From: an uncultured Candidatus Saccharibacteria bacterium
Lineage (GTDB): Bacteria; Patescibacteriota; Saccharimonadia; Saccharimonadales; Saccharimonadaceae
NCBI GenBank assembly: GCA_963525145.1
Contig: CAURIK010000003.1
Coordinates: forward strand, 1,040-65,039
Length of the DNA: 64,000 bases
Direction of reading: 5' to 3'
The notes beneath the pieces were generated by a model, which was not told the origin of the DNA, did not search any database, and saw only the letters and a program-made list of their open reading frames with translations. The stretch's first letter is position 1. Every line of letters begins with the position of its first letter. Below are positions 9,505-18,095 of the stretch, piece by piece. Both the position numbers and the translations under genes were made by a program.

Positions 9505-9967
9505 CTCGAGATCACCAATCCGATAGCGAGCTGTTTGTTTTCGCATAGGTGTGTTTGTTTTAGTTTAGTCAAGTATGCTTAAAATCAAGAGCTGTCAAAC
9601 AACTCATATCGTATTTAGCATACCTTTGAGAGACTTGTGTGTGAGGTGGAGTTTTTGGGAGGTGTTGTGTTAGAGGAAAGAACTTTCGACAATTTTAGCG
9701 TGGGTCGATATTCCACTGCTCACTATCAGGTTGTTGATCTCGAGGATGTCCAACTTCGAATTGTAAAAGTACCACAAACTATACGGCTACGCGCCCAAAG
9801 ACAGCGTCGCCCGCGATACGTAAGCATCAGGTACGCAAACCAAGACGCCCGCCCTACCGTACATAGATTGGCTAATAGCTGCGTCAGTCATGACTACCCT
9901 ACTTTCTTTTGTTATTTTACGCGGTGGTGTTTGTTTTAGCTCGAGAATTTCTCTTGCCTTTGCCACT
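9505..9967 (-). ncRNA. candidate large structured non-coding RNA (family unrecognised)
   Basis: Promoter TTGCAC-18-TATGAT upstream; long hairpin 9866-9779; 27-bp helix 9744-9718 with 9531-9505 enclosing hairpins at 9708-9686 and 9623-9573; AAAACAAACA three times. Confidence 0.5.
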
Positions 9968-9973
9968 GGCTTT

Positions 9974-10003
9974 ATCATACAACGTTTCATCATGCTTGTG
10001 CAA
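9974..10003 (-). promoter_or_regulatory. sigma70-type promoter (TTGCAC-N18-TATGAT)
   Basis: Near-consensus hexamers pointing into the non-coding region. Confidence 0.5.
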
Positions 10004-10036
10004 TACCTTTTTTACTAAAAATGATAACTTCTTTAC

Positions 10037-10058
10037 TTTTCCACAAAAACGTGGAAAA
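10037..10058. promoter_or_regulatory. inverted pair of DnaA-box-like sites
   Basis: TTTTCCAC-N6-GTGGAAAA; TTTTCCACA fits TTWTNCACA, the opposite copy has one mismatch. Confidence 0.45.
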
Positions 10059-10079
10059 CTATAGTGTTTATATAAGCAA

Positions 10080-10103
10080 ATAGACGCTATATCTAGCGTC
10101 TAT
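10080..10103 (-). terminator. palindrome after yvcK (terminator and/or NrdR-box-like operator)
   Basis: ATAGACGCTA-TATC-TAGCGTCTAT, perfect 10-bp arms. Confidence 0.5.
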
Positions 10104-10131
10104 AGAGGTCAGCAATGACAGAAAACTTCAC

Positions 10132-11136
10132 TTATGCAAAGTATATACGCATCAGCTGGCGCGCTACAGCGTCAGGATCGTGCCGGATAAAACTGCGCAC
10201 TGCGGCGATCGGGTCGCTTGATTGCGCGCCCGCCCATATATTTTTAGCTAGGATACCAGCCCCGCGAAACTCATAATGTTGGCGTTTAAGCTCGTTAATG
10301 TCATACTGTACCGTATGCTCGCCGTCATGAGCATACTTCGCCATCAACTCTCTCGATGGTTCGTCGGTATTGAAGACGACATAGTCTAGAAACTCGCTAC
10401 CAGCCAAACGCTCAATTTCGCTAGCAAAGTCCACCACGCTCAAACCATCCGTCGGGCCGGGTTTGGTTACTAGATTACAAACAAAAACACATTTCGCCCG
10501 CGTCGCTGCCAATGCTTCCTGAATTTCTCGAATCACCAGTGCTGGCGCTAAACTACCGTAGAGATTACCCGGCGCAATCACCACCATATCAGCCTCCAGA
10601 ATCGCCTGAACGGCTGCTGGGTGCGCTACTGCCTCTGGCTCTAACCATACCTTTGGCCGCTTAGCGATATCGGCATGCGCGATCTTGAATTGTCCTTTGA
10701 TCGGCTCACCAGATGCACCCTCGACACATAGCGTGATATCAGTCAGTGTCGTTGGAATCACCCTGCCCTGAATATTAAGGACTTGGCTAGCCAGCTGTAC
10801 TGCCTCGCCAAAGCTACCGGTCATTTTCTCGAGCGCTGTCAAGAATAAATTGCCAAAAGCATGCCCCTTCAAACTACCATCATCGAAACGATAATTAAAC
10901 AAATCGCGCACCCGCGGACTATCGCTCAGTGCTACTAAGCACTGCCGCACATCGCCCGGCGGCAGCACGCCCAGCTCATCGCGCAACTGCCCCGTCGACC
11001 CGCCATCATCTGCCATATTGACCAGCGCTGTCAAATCAGACACGTATTTTTTGAGACCTGTTAACAGCGTGAAACTGCCAGTGCCGCCTCCAATGACTAC
11101 AATTTTTGCTCCGCTATCGCCATGCTCTTCGCTCAT
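10132..11136 (-). CDS. yvcK: YvcK/GlmR (CofD-like, UDP-GlcNAc-binding) family protein
   Basis: IGGGTG, DDGGSTG.LR..G..PPGD.R and GH..GNL motifs, PG.LY.S, C-terminal RHD. Confidence 0.9.
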   Translation of the reverse strand: MSEEHGDSGAKIVVIGGGTGSFTLLTGLKKYVSDLTALVNMADDGGSTGQLRDELGVLPPGDVRQCLVALSDSPRVRDLFNYRFDDGSLKGHAFGNLFLTALEKMTGSFGEAVQLASQVLNIQGRVIPTTLTDITLCVEGASGEPIKGQFKIAHADIAKRPKVWLEPEAVAHPAAVQAILEADMVVIAPGNLYGSLAPALVIREIQEALAATRAKCVFVCNLVTKPGPTDGLSVVDFASEIERLAGSEFLDYVVFNTDEPSRELMAKYAHDGEHTVQYDINELKRQHYEFRGAGILAKNIWAGAQSSDPIAAVRSFIRHDPDAVARQLMRIYFA

Positions 11137-12143
11137 TATTCCCCTTCTGGCGTGCTCGCTTCGCTATCGCCGCGCAGCTCCTTCTTGCCCTTTAATTCGT
11201 ATTTGATACCAGTCATATCGCTAGTCATATAGTCATCGTTGAGCAGATTAACGAACTTCGCCGCATCCTTGGCATCCATAATAATAATCTCGCCAGTAGC
11301 ATCGTCCGTCATTAGTTCCAAGCCCATCTCATCGGCTTGCTCAATAACCTGATCCTGCGTCACCAGACCGACGTCGACTTTTTGCAGCTTAGTTACTAAC
11401 GATTTAGTATCGCGCACCAACGCATCAAAAGTCATACCTTCAGGGAACTTTAACTTAAAATTTTTCTCGATCTCAGCAATTTTTTCCTCGGCAACAGCGA
11501 ACTGCTTAGCATCGTAACCAAACAAACGGATAAATTTCGGCTCGTTAAAGGCAAAAATATCGCCGCCGGCAATCAACACTTGATTATCTGGCGTAATTTT
11601 TAGGCCGACATCAGCACTGAACGGTTGAAACGAATCGCCGTTATACATCCAAGCGGTTGCACCTTTAAGCACTTGCGACTGTGGTAAAATCTTAGCCACG
11701 AAAAACGGCTCGGCCCCCTGGCGGCTGAAACGCGCTACGATCCCCTTGACCTTCTTGAACTCATGGTCGCCTTCGCGGAACACCTCTAGCGTTTCCTCGC
11801 CGTAGCGAATCTGCTCAATCACCTCTTGCGCATGATCCACTCGGTCCAGAGTAGTCCGCTCCAACACATTATCCTCAGCAGCAGCCGCTTCAAAGTCGCG
11901 CACTGTCATGCCAGTAGCAGCACCAGTTTGCACCTGGCTAATCATGTCGTAAAGGAATAATACCTTGAGCTGTGCCTTGAGCTCCTTGGCGTAATTAGTG
12001 GCGTAGACAGTGTAGCCCTTCGTAAATAGAAATAAGTCGATTTCGAGCTCGTCCTTATGCGCATCAGCTTGGTTCGCCCAGAGGAAAATATCAGTTGGCT
12101 CTGGCGGCTGGTCATCAGCCGGTGTTGATTGGTCATTATTCAT
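11136..12143 (-). CDS. DUF4868 / Kiwa KwaB-like protein
   Basis: C-terminal F..LFGY and FVNLLNDDY..S..TG..YE pattern recalled from DUF4868; start MNNDQ 7 nt after TAGAAT. Confidence 0.6.
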   Translation of the reverse strand: MNNDQSTPADDQPPEPTDIFLWANQADAHKDELEIDLFLFTKGYTVYATNYAKELKAQLKVLFLYDMISQVQTGAATGMTVRDFEAAAAEDNVLERTTLDRVDHAQEVIEQIRYGEETLEVFREGDHEFKKVKGIVARFSRQGAEPFFVAKILPQSQVLKGATAWMYNGDSFQPFSADVGLKITPDNQVLIAGGDIFAFNEPKFIRLFGYDAKQFAVAEEKIAEIEKNFKLKFPEGMTFDALVRDTKSLVTKLQKVDVGLVTQDQVIEQADEMGLELMTDDATGEIIIMDAKDAAKFVNLLNDDYMTSDMTGIKYELKGKKELRGDSEASTPEGE

Positions 12144-12180
12144 GATATATATTCTACTACAATTATTAGACGCTATTCTA

Positions 12181-13716
12181 CTATTGCACGGCATCCTCGC
12201 CAAAATGTTTTTGCAAACGCATTTTGATTGAACCGTGATGGCGGCCGAGTTTCTGGCTCATCGCAGCAATACTTTCGCCGTTGACGAACATTTGACGCAA
12301 TTCATCGTCATCAGCCTTAATCCATGGTTTATAAGCATTAGGATAAGTCTGGCGCATTTTAGCGATTTTGGCCGACCAGTTAGAATTGGCGCTGTTCGCT
12401 TTTTTGGCGGGTTTAAGTTCGCCGGCCGCGCGTTTGTCAGCTTTTGGTTGTAAGTGTGCGAACTTTTTAGCATCATCTGCCGCCCGAGTGCGTAGCTGCT
12501 TGTCAATAGCATAGGCTTCATCGCTCATCTGCAAAGCCATGCGGTTAATACCAGTCAAATACAAATTATCAATATCACGCACCCGGCTAAGCGCCACATA
12601 GCCCATGCCCGGCACAAAGGCTTTGCGGAGGTCAATTCGTGCGCTATCCAGCGTCATGCCTTGGCTTTTGTGGACGGTAATCGCCCACGCCAAACGCAGC
12701 GGAATTTGGCTAATGCTAGCTCGTTTGCGCGTCCCATCGCGCAACTCCCAAGTATCAGGCTGCATGGTCACCGTCCGGCCATTACGAAACTCCACTACCG
12801 GATAATCCGTCGCTGGCTCGAAATCGACCACCATGCCGATACTGCCATTAGCATAACGCCGCGCCTGATCGTTTTTGACCGCCATCACTAATGCGCCTAT
12901 TTTAAGGGTCAGTACCTCTGGCGCTAGTACGCTACGCTGCAAATTATCAACGTAGTTGTTACTACCAGTAGTGTGGCGTTGATACAACACCTCGTCGCCC
13001 GGCAATTCAGCCAGCCTGGCTTGATTAATTCTATCGACGTCAACATTCACAGTATGCAATTCTGTCAGATCTGCTCCGGCTGGCGGTTGATATTCGGTCC
13101 GCCCTAACAGCTGCTCGGCGTGGCGGCGGCGCAAATCGCCAGCCCGCATCGCCGTCAAGATTTCTAGCAGCGTATCGCCGTCGCGCTGGCGAAACTGCTC
13201 GCTCAGATACAATACCGTCGGATCAAGCTCGCGCCACGCCGATGAATTCACTACGAACCCGCCATCGCGACTTTCTGACCGATTAACTGGCGGCAGCTGA
13301 AAGAAGTCGCCAGAAAGCACCACTTGGATGCCGCCGAACGGCTCGTCGACTCTCTTGCGTACTAAACGGCAAACTTCGTCAACCATGTCCAAGCGGTAAT
13401 CATGCAACATGCTAATCTCATCAATAATCAAGACATCGGTTTTTTCGATAATTTCGCGGCGGCTTTTGCTGACATGCTCGGCAAAACCATTCGGCAGGCG
13501 GTCGCTAACGCCAATCCCTGACCAGGCATGGATCGTCGCGCCGCCCAGATGCGTTGCCGCCAGCCCGGTCGTCGCTGTCACCGAGACATACTTGCCGTCA
13601 GCTTTACTCAGGTTGATGAATTGATTCAGCACGAAAGTCTTGCCCGTCCCTGCCGGGCCGGTCAGCAGTGCGCTTTCGCCGCTCAATAATATTTCTAAGG
13701 CTAAATCTTGCTTCAC
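12181..13716 (-). CDS. Pif1/RecD-like SF1B DNA helicase with C-terminal HTH-like domain
   Basis: GPAGTGKT, ATTGLAA, DEISM, GDFFQLPPV, LAWAITVHKSQGMT and YVALSR motifs. Confidence 0.9.
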   Translation of the reverse strand: MKQDLALEILLSGESALLTGPAGTGKTFVLNQFINLSKADGKYVSVTATTGLAATHLGGATIHAWSGIGVSDRLPNGFAEHVSKSRREIIEKTDVLIIDEISMLHDYRLDMVDEVCRLVRKRVDEPFGGIQVVLSGDFFQLPPVNRSESRDGGFVVNSSAWRELDPTVLYLSEQFRQRDGDTLLEILTAMRAGDLRRRHAEQLLGRTEYQPPAGADLTELHTVNVDVDRINQARLAELPGDEVLYQRHTTGSNNYVDNLQRSVLAPEVLTLKIGALVMAVKNDQARRYANGSIGMVVDFEPATDYPVVEFRNGRTVTMQPDTWELRDGTRKRASISQIPLRLAWAITVHKSQGMTLDSARIDLRKAFVPGMGYVALSRVRDIDNLYLTGINRMALQMSDEAYAIDKQLRTRAADDAKKFAHLQPKADKRAAGELKPAKKANSANSNWSAKIAKMRQTYPNAYKPWIKADDDELRQMFVNGESIAAMSQKLGRHHGSIKMRLQKHFGEDAVQ

Positions 13717-13746
13717 TACCCTTATTATACAACTTAAGACGCGGGA

Positions 13747-14742
13747 CTACTTATCCCAAGCAAAGCCGTTACCAAAATGACCGTAGCGCGCTGTTGGTTC
13801 GTATTGCGGGCGAGCCAGCTGCAACTTATCAATAATACCCGCTGGACTGAGGTCATAGCCAGCAATTGGTTGCTCAACACCGTCAACTACCGCTGTAGCC
13901 TCAATTGGTTGGTCGTGGCCGATTGCGTACGCCAAGCGCACCAACACTTCCTGAGCTGCAAACTTTTTAAGATAATCAACTGCAACCCGCCGCGCCATAT
14001 AGGCACCGCTGCGATCGACCTTAGTGGCGTCCTTGCCGCTAAACGCCCCACCGCCTAGCGGAATCCGCGGGCCGTAATTATCAACTGCTAATTTGCGCCC
14101 GGTCAAACCAGCGTCCGCCGCGAAACCGCCAATTTGCCAATCGCCTGCCGGATTTATATGCAGAGAAATGCCGTCAAAATCACCTGCCACATATTTTTGC
14201 TGCGCAAACCACTGCCGTACTGCTGCTGCCAGCTCGTCGTGCGGCGCATTCTGGAAGCTGGCGACAATCGCCGCAATCTGGCCGCCATAGGTCGTCACCT
14301 GCGTTTTGCCGTCATACGGCCATTTCTCATACAAAAAGCGGTTCAAGGCCCGCGCCAAAGCATATTCTAGCGGCAATAATTCTGGCGTCTCAGCGCAAGC
14401 ATAACCAATCATTACCCCTTGATCGCCGGCACCGCCCGCGTCCACGCCCTGAGCAATCTCTGGGCTCTGGCGTGCAATCCGCTCAATAATTTCCACGTCG
14501 TCGCCAGCCAGCCGCCGCGCAATCTGCTTGACGTCAACTAGCTCGCTCGACGATACCTCGCCGGTTAGAAACAACGCGCCATGGCCGCCGCAAGCTTCAA
14601 TCGCCACTCGGGCTTGCGGGTCTTTGGCAAGATACGCGTCCAGAATAGCGTCGCTAATCTGATCGCAAATCTTGTCCGGATGTTTCGGCGAGACACTCTC
14701 GGCTGTACGATATATTGCTTGATTATTAGATTTTACAGACAT
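13747..14742 (-). CDS. metK: S-adenosylmethionine synthetase
   Basis: ESV...HPDKICDQISD, GAGDQG, DGKTQV, GGGAFSGKD.TKVDRS motifs. Confidence 0.95.
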   Translation of the reverse strand: MSVKSNNQAIYRTAESVSPKHPDKICDQISDAILDAYLAKDPQARVAIEACGGHGALFLTGEVSSSELVDVKQIARRLAGDDVEIIERIARQSPEIAQGVDAGGAGDQGVMIGYACAETPELLPLEYALARALNRFLYEKWPYDGKTQVTTYGGQIAAIVASFQNAPHDELAAAVRQWFAQQKYVAGDFDGISLHINPAGDWQIGGFAADAGLTGRKLAVDNYGPRIPLGGGAFSGKDATKVDRSGAYMARRVAVDYLKKFAAQEVLVRLAYAIGHDQPIEATAVVDGVEQPIAGYDLSPAGIIDKLQLARPQYEPTARYGHFGNGFAWDK

Positions 14743-14747
14743 AAAAA

Positions 14748-14894
14748 CTCCTTTCTATCTGCCCCGCTTGAGGCCAAGAAAGGAGCCGCAAAGACAATAT
14801 CTCTCCTGGTCAAGCAGGCTGGAATTAGCACCTTGCTGCAAAAGCAGGTTGCCGGCGAGTCATCAGGCCAGTCCCTCGTCGCACTCTGGATATT
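14748..14894 (-). ncRNA. SAM-I riboswitch with SD-sequestering expression platform
   Basis: AAUAUCCAGAG..GAGGGACUGGCCUGAUGA..GGCAACC..GGUGCUAAUUCC..AGAUAUU aptamer (14894-14796) upstream of metK; CUCCUUUCU pairs with the SD AGAAAGGAG. Confidence 0.9.
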
Positions 14895-14971
14895 AAATTA
14901 TTAACAAGTTCATTATAGCACGCCCCACCCCGCCGAATCTAGATTGACAGCAAAAACAGCCAAGGCTGTAG

Positions 14972-15391
14972 CTATAGGCGAACGCCAGCCCGCGCTTTGT
15001 TCGCCCACTCATCCGCTAGCTCGTTCTGCTCGTGGCCGACGTGGCCGCGTACCCAAACCAGCTTCGGCTGCGTCGATTGGTAAAGCGCATACGCTTGCTG
15101 CACGAGATCAAGATTCTTAATTTCGCCGCCTTTTTTACGCCAACCTTTAGCAGCCCAGCCTGGTGCCCACTTGGTTAACACATTGATCCAAAATTCGCTA
15201 TCGCTATGAATTTCACACGGCTCATCGCCAGCTAACTCCATCGCTGCAATCAGTGCCATGCCCTCCATGCGAATATTCGTCGTCTGTCCGTCTTCGCTGC
15301 CCAAAGCTACCGGCTGGCCGTTTTCAATTACCGCGTAGCCGCCTGGGCCCGGATTTGGGCTAGCGCTGCCGTCTGTAAAAAATACTCTCAC
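14972..15391 (-). CDS. rnhA: ribonuclease HI
   Basis: FTDGS..NPGPGG, TTN.RME, SDS, KNLDL, WVRGH and NELAD; probable GTG start at 15391. Confidence 0.92.
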   Translation of the reverse strand: MRVFFTDGSASPNPGPGGYAVIENGQPVALGSEDGQTTNIRMEGMALIAAMELAGDEPCEIHSDSEFWINVLTKWAPGWAAKGWRKKGGEIKNLDLVQQAYALYQSTQPKLVWVRGHVGHEQNELADEWANKARAGVRL

Positions 15392-15405
15392 TTCTTCCCC
15401 GCTTT

Positions 15406-15996
15406 CTAGATGTCGCGGACTGGCCGCAGTAGCTTCAGCTCGTCTGGCATATACCACTTGTTGCCACGATTATCTTGTTCATATTTATACTCTATCATGT
15501 GATCAGCCTGAAAATAGTCGCCCGTACCAACAATCTTGTACTGAATATACATTTTACGCACCGAATCGCTCTGCGGCATCGGCCCGCGATACAAACGCAG
15601 CTCAAAAATCTCGCCTGGCTTGAGAAATTTATTCAAGTCGCCTCGCTGCCCTAATATCTCATATTTATCAAGCTCTACGTCAAAGCTCGCGTGGTTGCGA
15701 ATATGCGCCCACACCTCGAGGTACTTATTATCGCCCGACGGATGCGCCTCGGTGCGCTCAACCTCTATCTCGGGAATCACTTTCTGCCCGTTAGCCGAGT
15801 GATATTGATCGGGCTGAGGCTTACTGTCTGACTTCCTAGTATCTGCAGCAACCCCTGAAGTGTCTTTATCGAAGTTATTCTCGTCCCTACTGCCGCGATT
15901 ATCTTGCGGCGAGACCATATCATTATTATTAAGACGCGCCAAATATTCGTCATCACCATCCGGCTCGCCAAAAATTAAATCACGCAACCATCCCAT
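15406..15996 (-). CDS. hypothetical protein
   Basis: 196-aa ORF, TACAAT 6 nt before ATG, co-oriented with rnhA. Confidence 0.75.
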   Translation of the reverse strand: MGWLRDLIFGEPDGDDEYLARLNNNDMVSPQDNRGSRDENNFDKDTSGVAADTRKSDSKPQPDQYHSANGQKVIPEIEVERTEAHPSGDNKYLEVWAHIRNHASFDVELDKYEILGQRGDLNKFLKPGEIFELRLYRGPMPQSDSVRKMYIQYKIVGTGDYFQADHMIEYKYEQDNRGNKWYMPDELKLLRPVRDI

Positions 15997-16028
15997 ACAT
16001 CTATTGTACCGTATTTAGACAAAGCTAC

Positions 16029-16067
16029 ACATACGCTATATATAGTGCCACTATATATAGCGTATGT
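16029..16067. repeat. 39-bp perfect palindrome of two NrdR-box-like half sites
   Basis: ACATACGCTATATATAGTG-C-CACTATATATAGCGTATGT. Confidence 0.8.
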
Positions 16068-16130
16068 ACTGCCGTGGAAAAATCAGGGAAATCTTCGAGA
16101 CACACTAGACTACTGTTATTTTGCTTATGT

Positions 16131-16168
16131 TTGGCACTCTTGACACGCGAGTGCTAACCAATTACAAT
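16131..16168 (+). promoter_or_regulatory. CIRCE (HrcA operator) overlapping the hsp20 promoter
   Basis: TTGGCACTC-N9-GAGTGCTAA (16131-16157, one mismatch to consensus); TTGACA 16140-16145, 17 bp, TACAAT 16163-16168. Confidence 0.9.
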
Positions 16169-16218
16169 AGAATATAGAGCAAAAGCTCGCCAAATCATAA
16201 ACGAAAGGAGTAATACAA

Positions 16219-16659
16219 ATGAGTAAACTCGTTCGATTCGACCCGTTTGCCGAAATGGATGCCCTGCAGCGCCATTTCTTTAATGACGACAACTGGATGC
16301 CGCGCCAAGTGCGCTCGGTTGGCCTGCCTACCACTGATGTTTACATGAAAGATAACGCGCTAGTCGTCGAGGTTCACTTGCCGAAATTCGATGGAGGCGA
16401 CGTCAATATTTCTGTCGAAAACGGCAACTTGGTCATCCAAGCCCAACGGCACGAAAAAGAAGAAGATAAAGAAAAGAAGTACGTCGTACGGGAGTCGAGC
16501 AGCAGCTTCTACCGCAGCGTTCAGCTGCCAGAGCGCGCTGACGCCGATGCTATCGAAGCACACCTGGACGACGGCGTCTTGAAGGTTACCGTGCCAGTCA
16601 CGCCAGCACCAGAGCCAAAGAAAATTACCGTCAAATCACGCGGCAAGAAGAAAGAGTAA
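16219..16659 (+). CDS. Hsp20/alpha-crystallin small heat-shock protein
   Basis: FYRSVQLP and A.LDDGVL.VTVP motifs; GAAAGGAG SD; CIRCE upstream. Confidence 0.93.
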   Translation: MSKLVRFDPFAEMDALQRHFFNDDNWMPRQVRSVGLPTTDVYMKDNALVVEVHLPKFDGGDVNISVENGNLVIQAQRHEKEEDKEKKYVVRESSSSFYRSVQLPERADADAIEAHLDDGVLKVTVPVTPAPEPKKITVKSRGKKKE

Positions 16660-16684
16660 GCCTTTCTCAGCTTTGGCCGTCAAG

Positions 16685-16712
16685 AAGGCCTCGGGATTAC
16701 CCGAGGCCTTTT
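16685..16712. terminator. intrinsic terminator between convergent genes
   Basis: AAGGCCTCGGG-ATTA-CCCGAGGCCTT-TT. Confidence 0.85.
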
Positions 16713-16753
16713 GCTAATAACGAAATTCCGCAGTCTAGCTAGAAAGCGTCAAA

Positions 16754-17491
16754 CTATTCCGCGTATTTTTCAACGAACCGCCGCAATATCTTGACCGGTT
16801 CGGTCACCAATTCCGATTCGCGGTATGCTGCATCAATCAGATCTTTAGCTTCCTCTGGCGCGAAATAGCCAGCATGCTTATAAATATTAATCCGCAGCGC
16901 CAAGCCGTCAGCATCAAGCTCAGGATGAAACTGCGCCGCATAAACATTTTTCCCAGCGCGCAGCAATTGTATACAGGCCGCAGAGCGCGCTAGCACCACG
17001 CTGTTCGGCGGCGCCGTATCTGTCCCCTCTTTATGCCCGACGAAGCCGCGAAAACTAGCTGGCAAGCAAGCCAGCAGCGGATCATCCTGCGCTTCCGGCG
17101 TCAAATTTATATCCACCGCACAAACCGGCTCGCCATGGTCGAAGTCCGTCCGACCGCCCAGCGCCGTCACCAGCGCACCCACGCCCAAACAAGTGCCTAA
17201 AAACGGCTTATCCTCGGCTGCAATCCGACGAAGCAGCGGCATGATATAATCTTCAAACCGCAATTGTTCCGGCGATTTTTTCTCTGGCGGATAAGCAAAA
17301 TTAGCCGGCCCGCCGCCCATAAAAATACCGCTGTAATCATCCAAATTAACTGGCGAGAACTCGCCGCGGTCAAGCCGCAAGCGCTGCAACTGCTCCGGCT
17401 GCAAACCGCCAAATTTCAAAAAAGCTGCATATTCGTCGTCAGACGCTTCGTCCTCGGGACGGGATTGTAAAAGAAGAAAAGGTTTTGTCAT
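16754..17491 (-). CDS. class I glutamine amidotransferase (GuaA-like, stand-alone)
   Basis: GGGP, G.CLG nucleophile elbow, QFHPE; start MTKPF 7 nt after TATACT. Confidence 0.85.
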   Translation of the reverse strand: MTKPFLLLQSRPEDEASDDEYAAFLKFGGLQPEQLQRLRLDRGEFSPVNLDDYSGIFMGGGPANFAYPPEKKSPEQLRFEDYIMPLLRRIAAEDKPFLGTCLGVGALVTALGGRTDFDHGEPVCAVDINLTPEAQDDPLLACLPASFRGFVGHKEGTDTAPPNSVVLARSAACIQLLRAGKNVYAAQFHPELDADGLALRINIYKHAGYFAPEEAKDLIDAAYRESELVTEPVKILRRFVEKYAE

Positions 17492-17530
17492 GAATCTTAG
17501 TATAGCGCTTTTTAAGCTCAATGGCTACCG

Positions 17531-18091
17531 TCAAAAATCGCGAGACGTTAAATCTTCGGCCGATTCAACATCGCGAAGCCACGGAAAATACCGGAGCACG
17601 TTGTCTTGATGCAGCACTTCTGCCAAGGGTGCTGATTTAACCGTAATATCTTCGCCAGCATCAAGATGCTGCGCTGCTCGATGTAACGCTCCCGTAGCCA
17701 GAAACAAATAAGTAAACCACTCGATTTTCTTTTCCATCTGTACGACATCTAGCAGTTCCCAATTAGCAAAAGTCCAGCCTGTTTCTTCTCTCAATTCGCG
17801 CTGCGCCGCTGCTTGCACCGACTCGTCGCTAGAGTCAACCCGGCCGACTGGCAAATGGTTCTTGCGGACAATACCGCCCGGTTGCTTTTCGTCGATTACC
17901 AACGCATCACCAGCCTCATCAAGCGCAATGACCATCACAGTGTCTGGACGGCGCAGCATTTCAAAAGTTTTTACGCTACCATCGGGCATCCTTTGCGGCC
18001 ATTGATATACTTTGTAAATCTCACCTCCAAAAACACAATCTGCTTCCGAAGGAATCAGACGAGCACCTTTCGGCAAAACACGTTCGGTCAT
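17531..18091 (-). CDS. NUDIX hydrolase
   Basis: GRVDSSDESVQAAAQRELREETG Nudix box. Confidence 0.88.
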   Translation of the reverse strand: MTERVLPKGARLIPSEADCVFGGEIYKVYQWPQRMPDGSVKTFEMLRRPDTVMVIALDEAGDALVIDEKQPGGIVRKNHLPVGRVDSSDESVQAAAQRELREETGWTFANWELLDVVQMEKKIEWFTYLFLATGALHRAAQHLDAGEDITVKSAPLAEVLHQDNVLRYFPWLRDVESAEDLTSRDF

Positions 18092-18095
18092 TACA

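Noticed and set aside
9637..9939. 100-aa plus-strand ORF as mraZ or another gene
   Set aside because: No MraZ DxKGR repeats or SD; overlaps structure whose G-U pairs favour the minus strand
9660..9980. RNase P RNA (GAGGAAAG at 9673)
   Set aside because: Not followed by UCC and no complementary 3' P4 strand found
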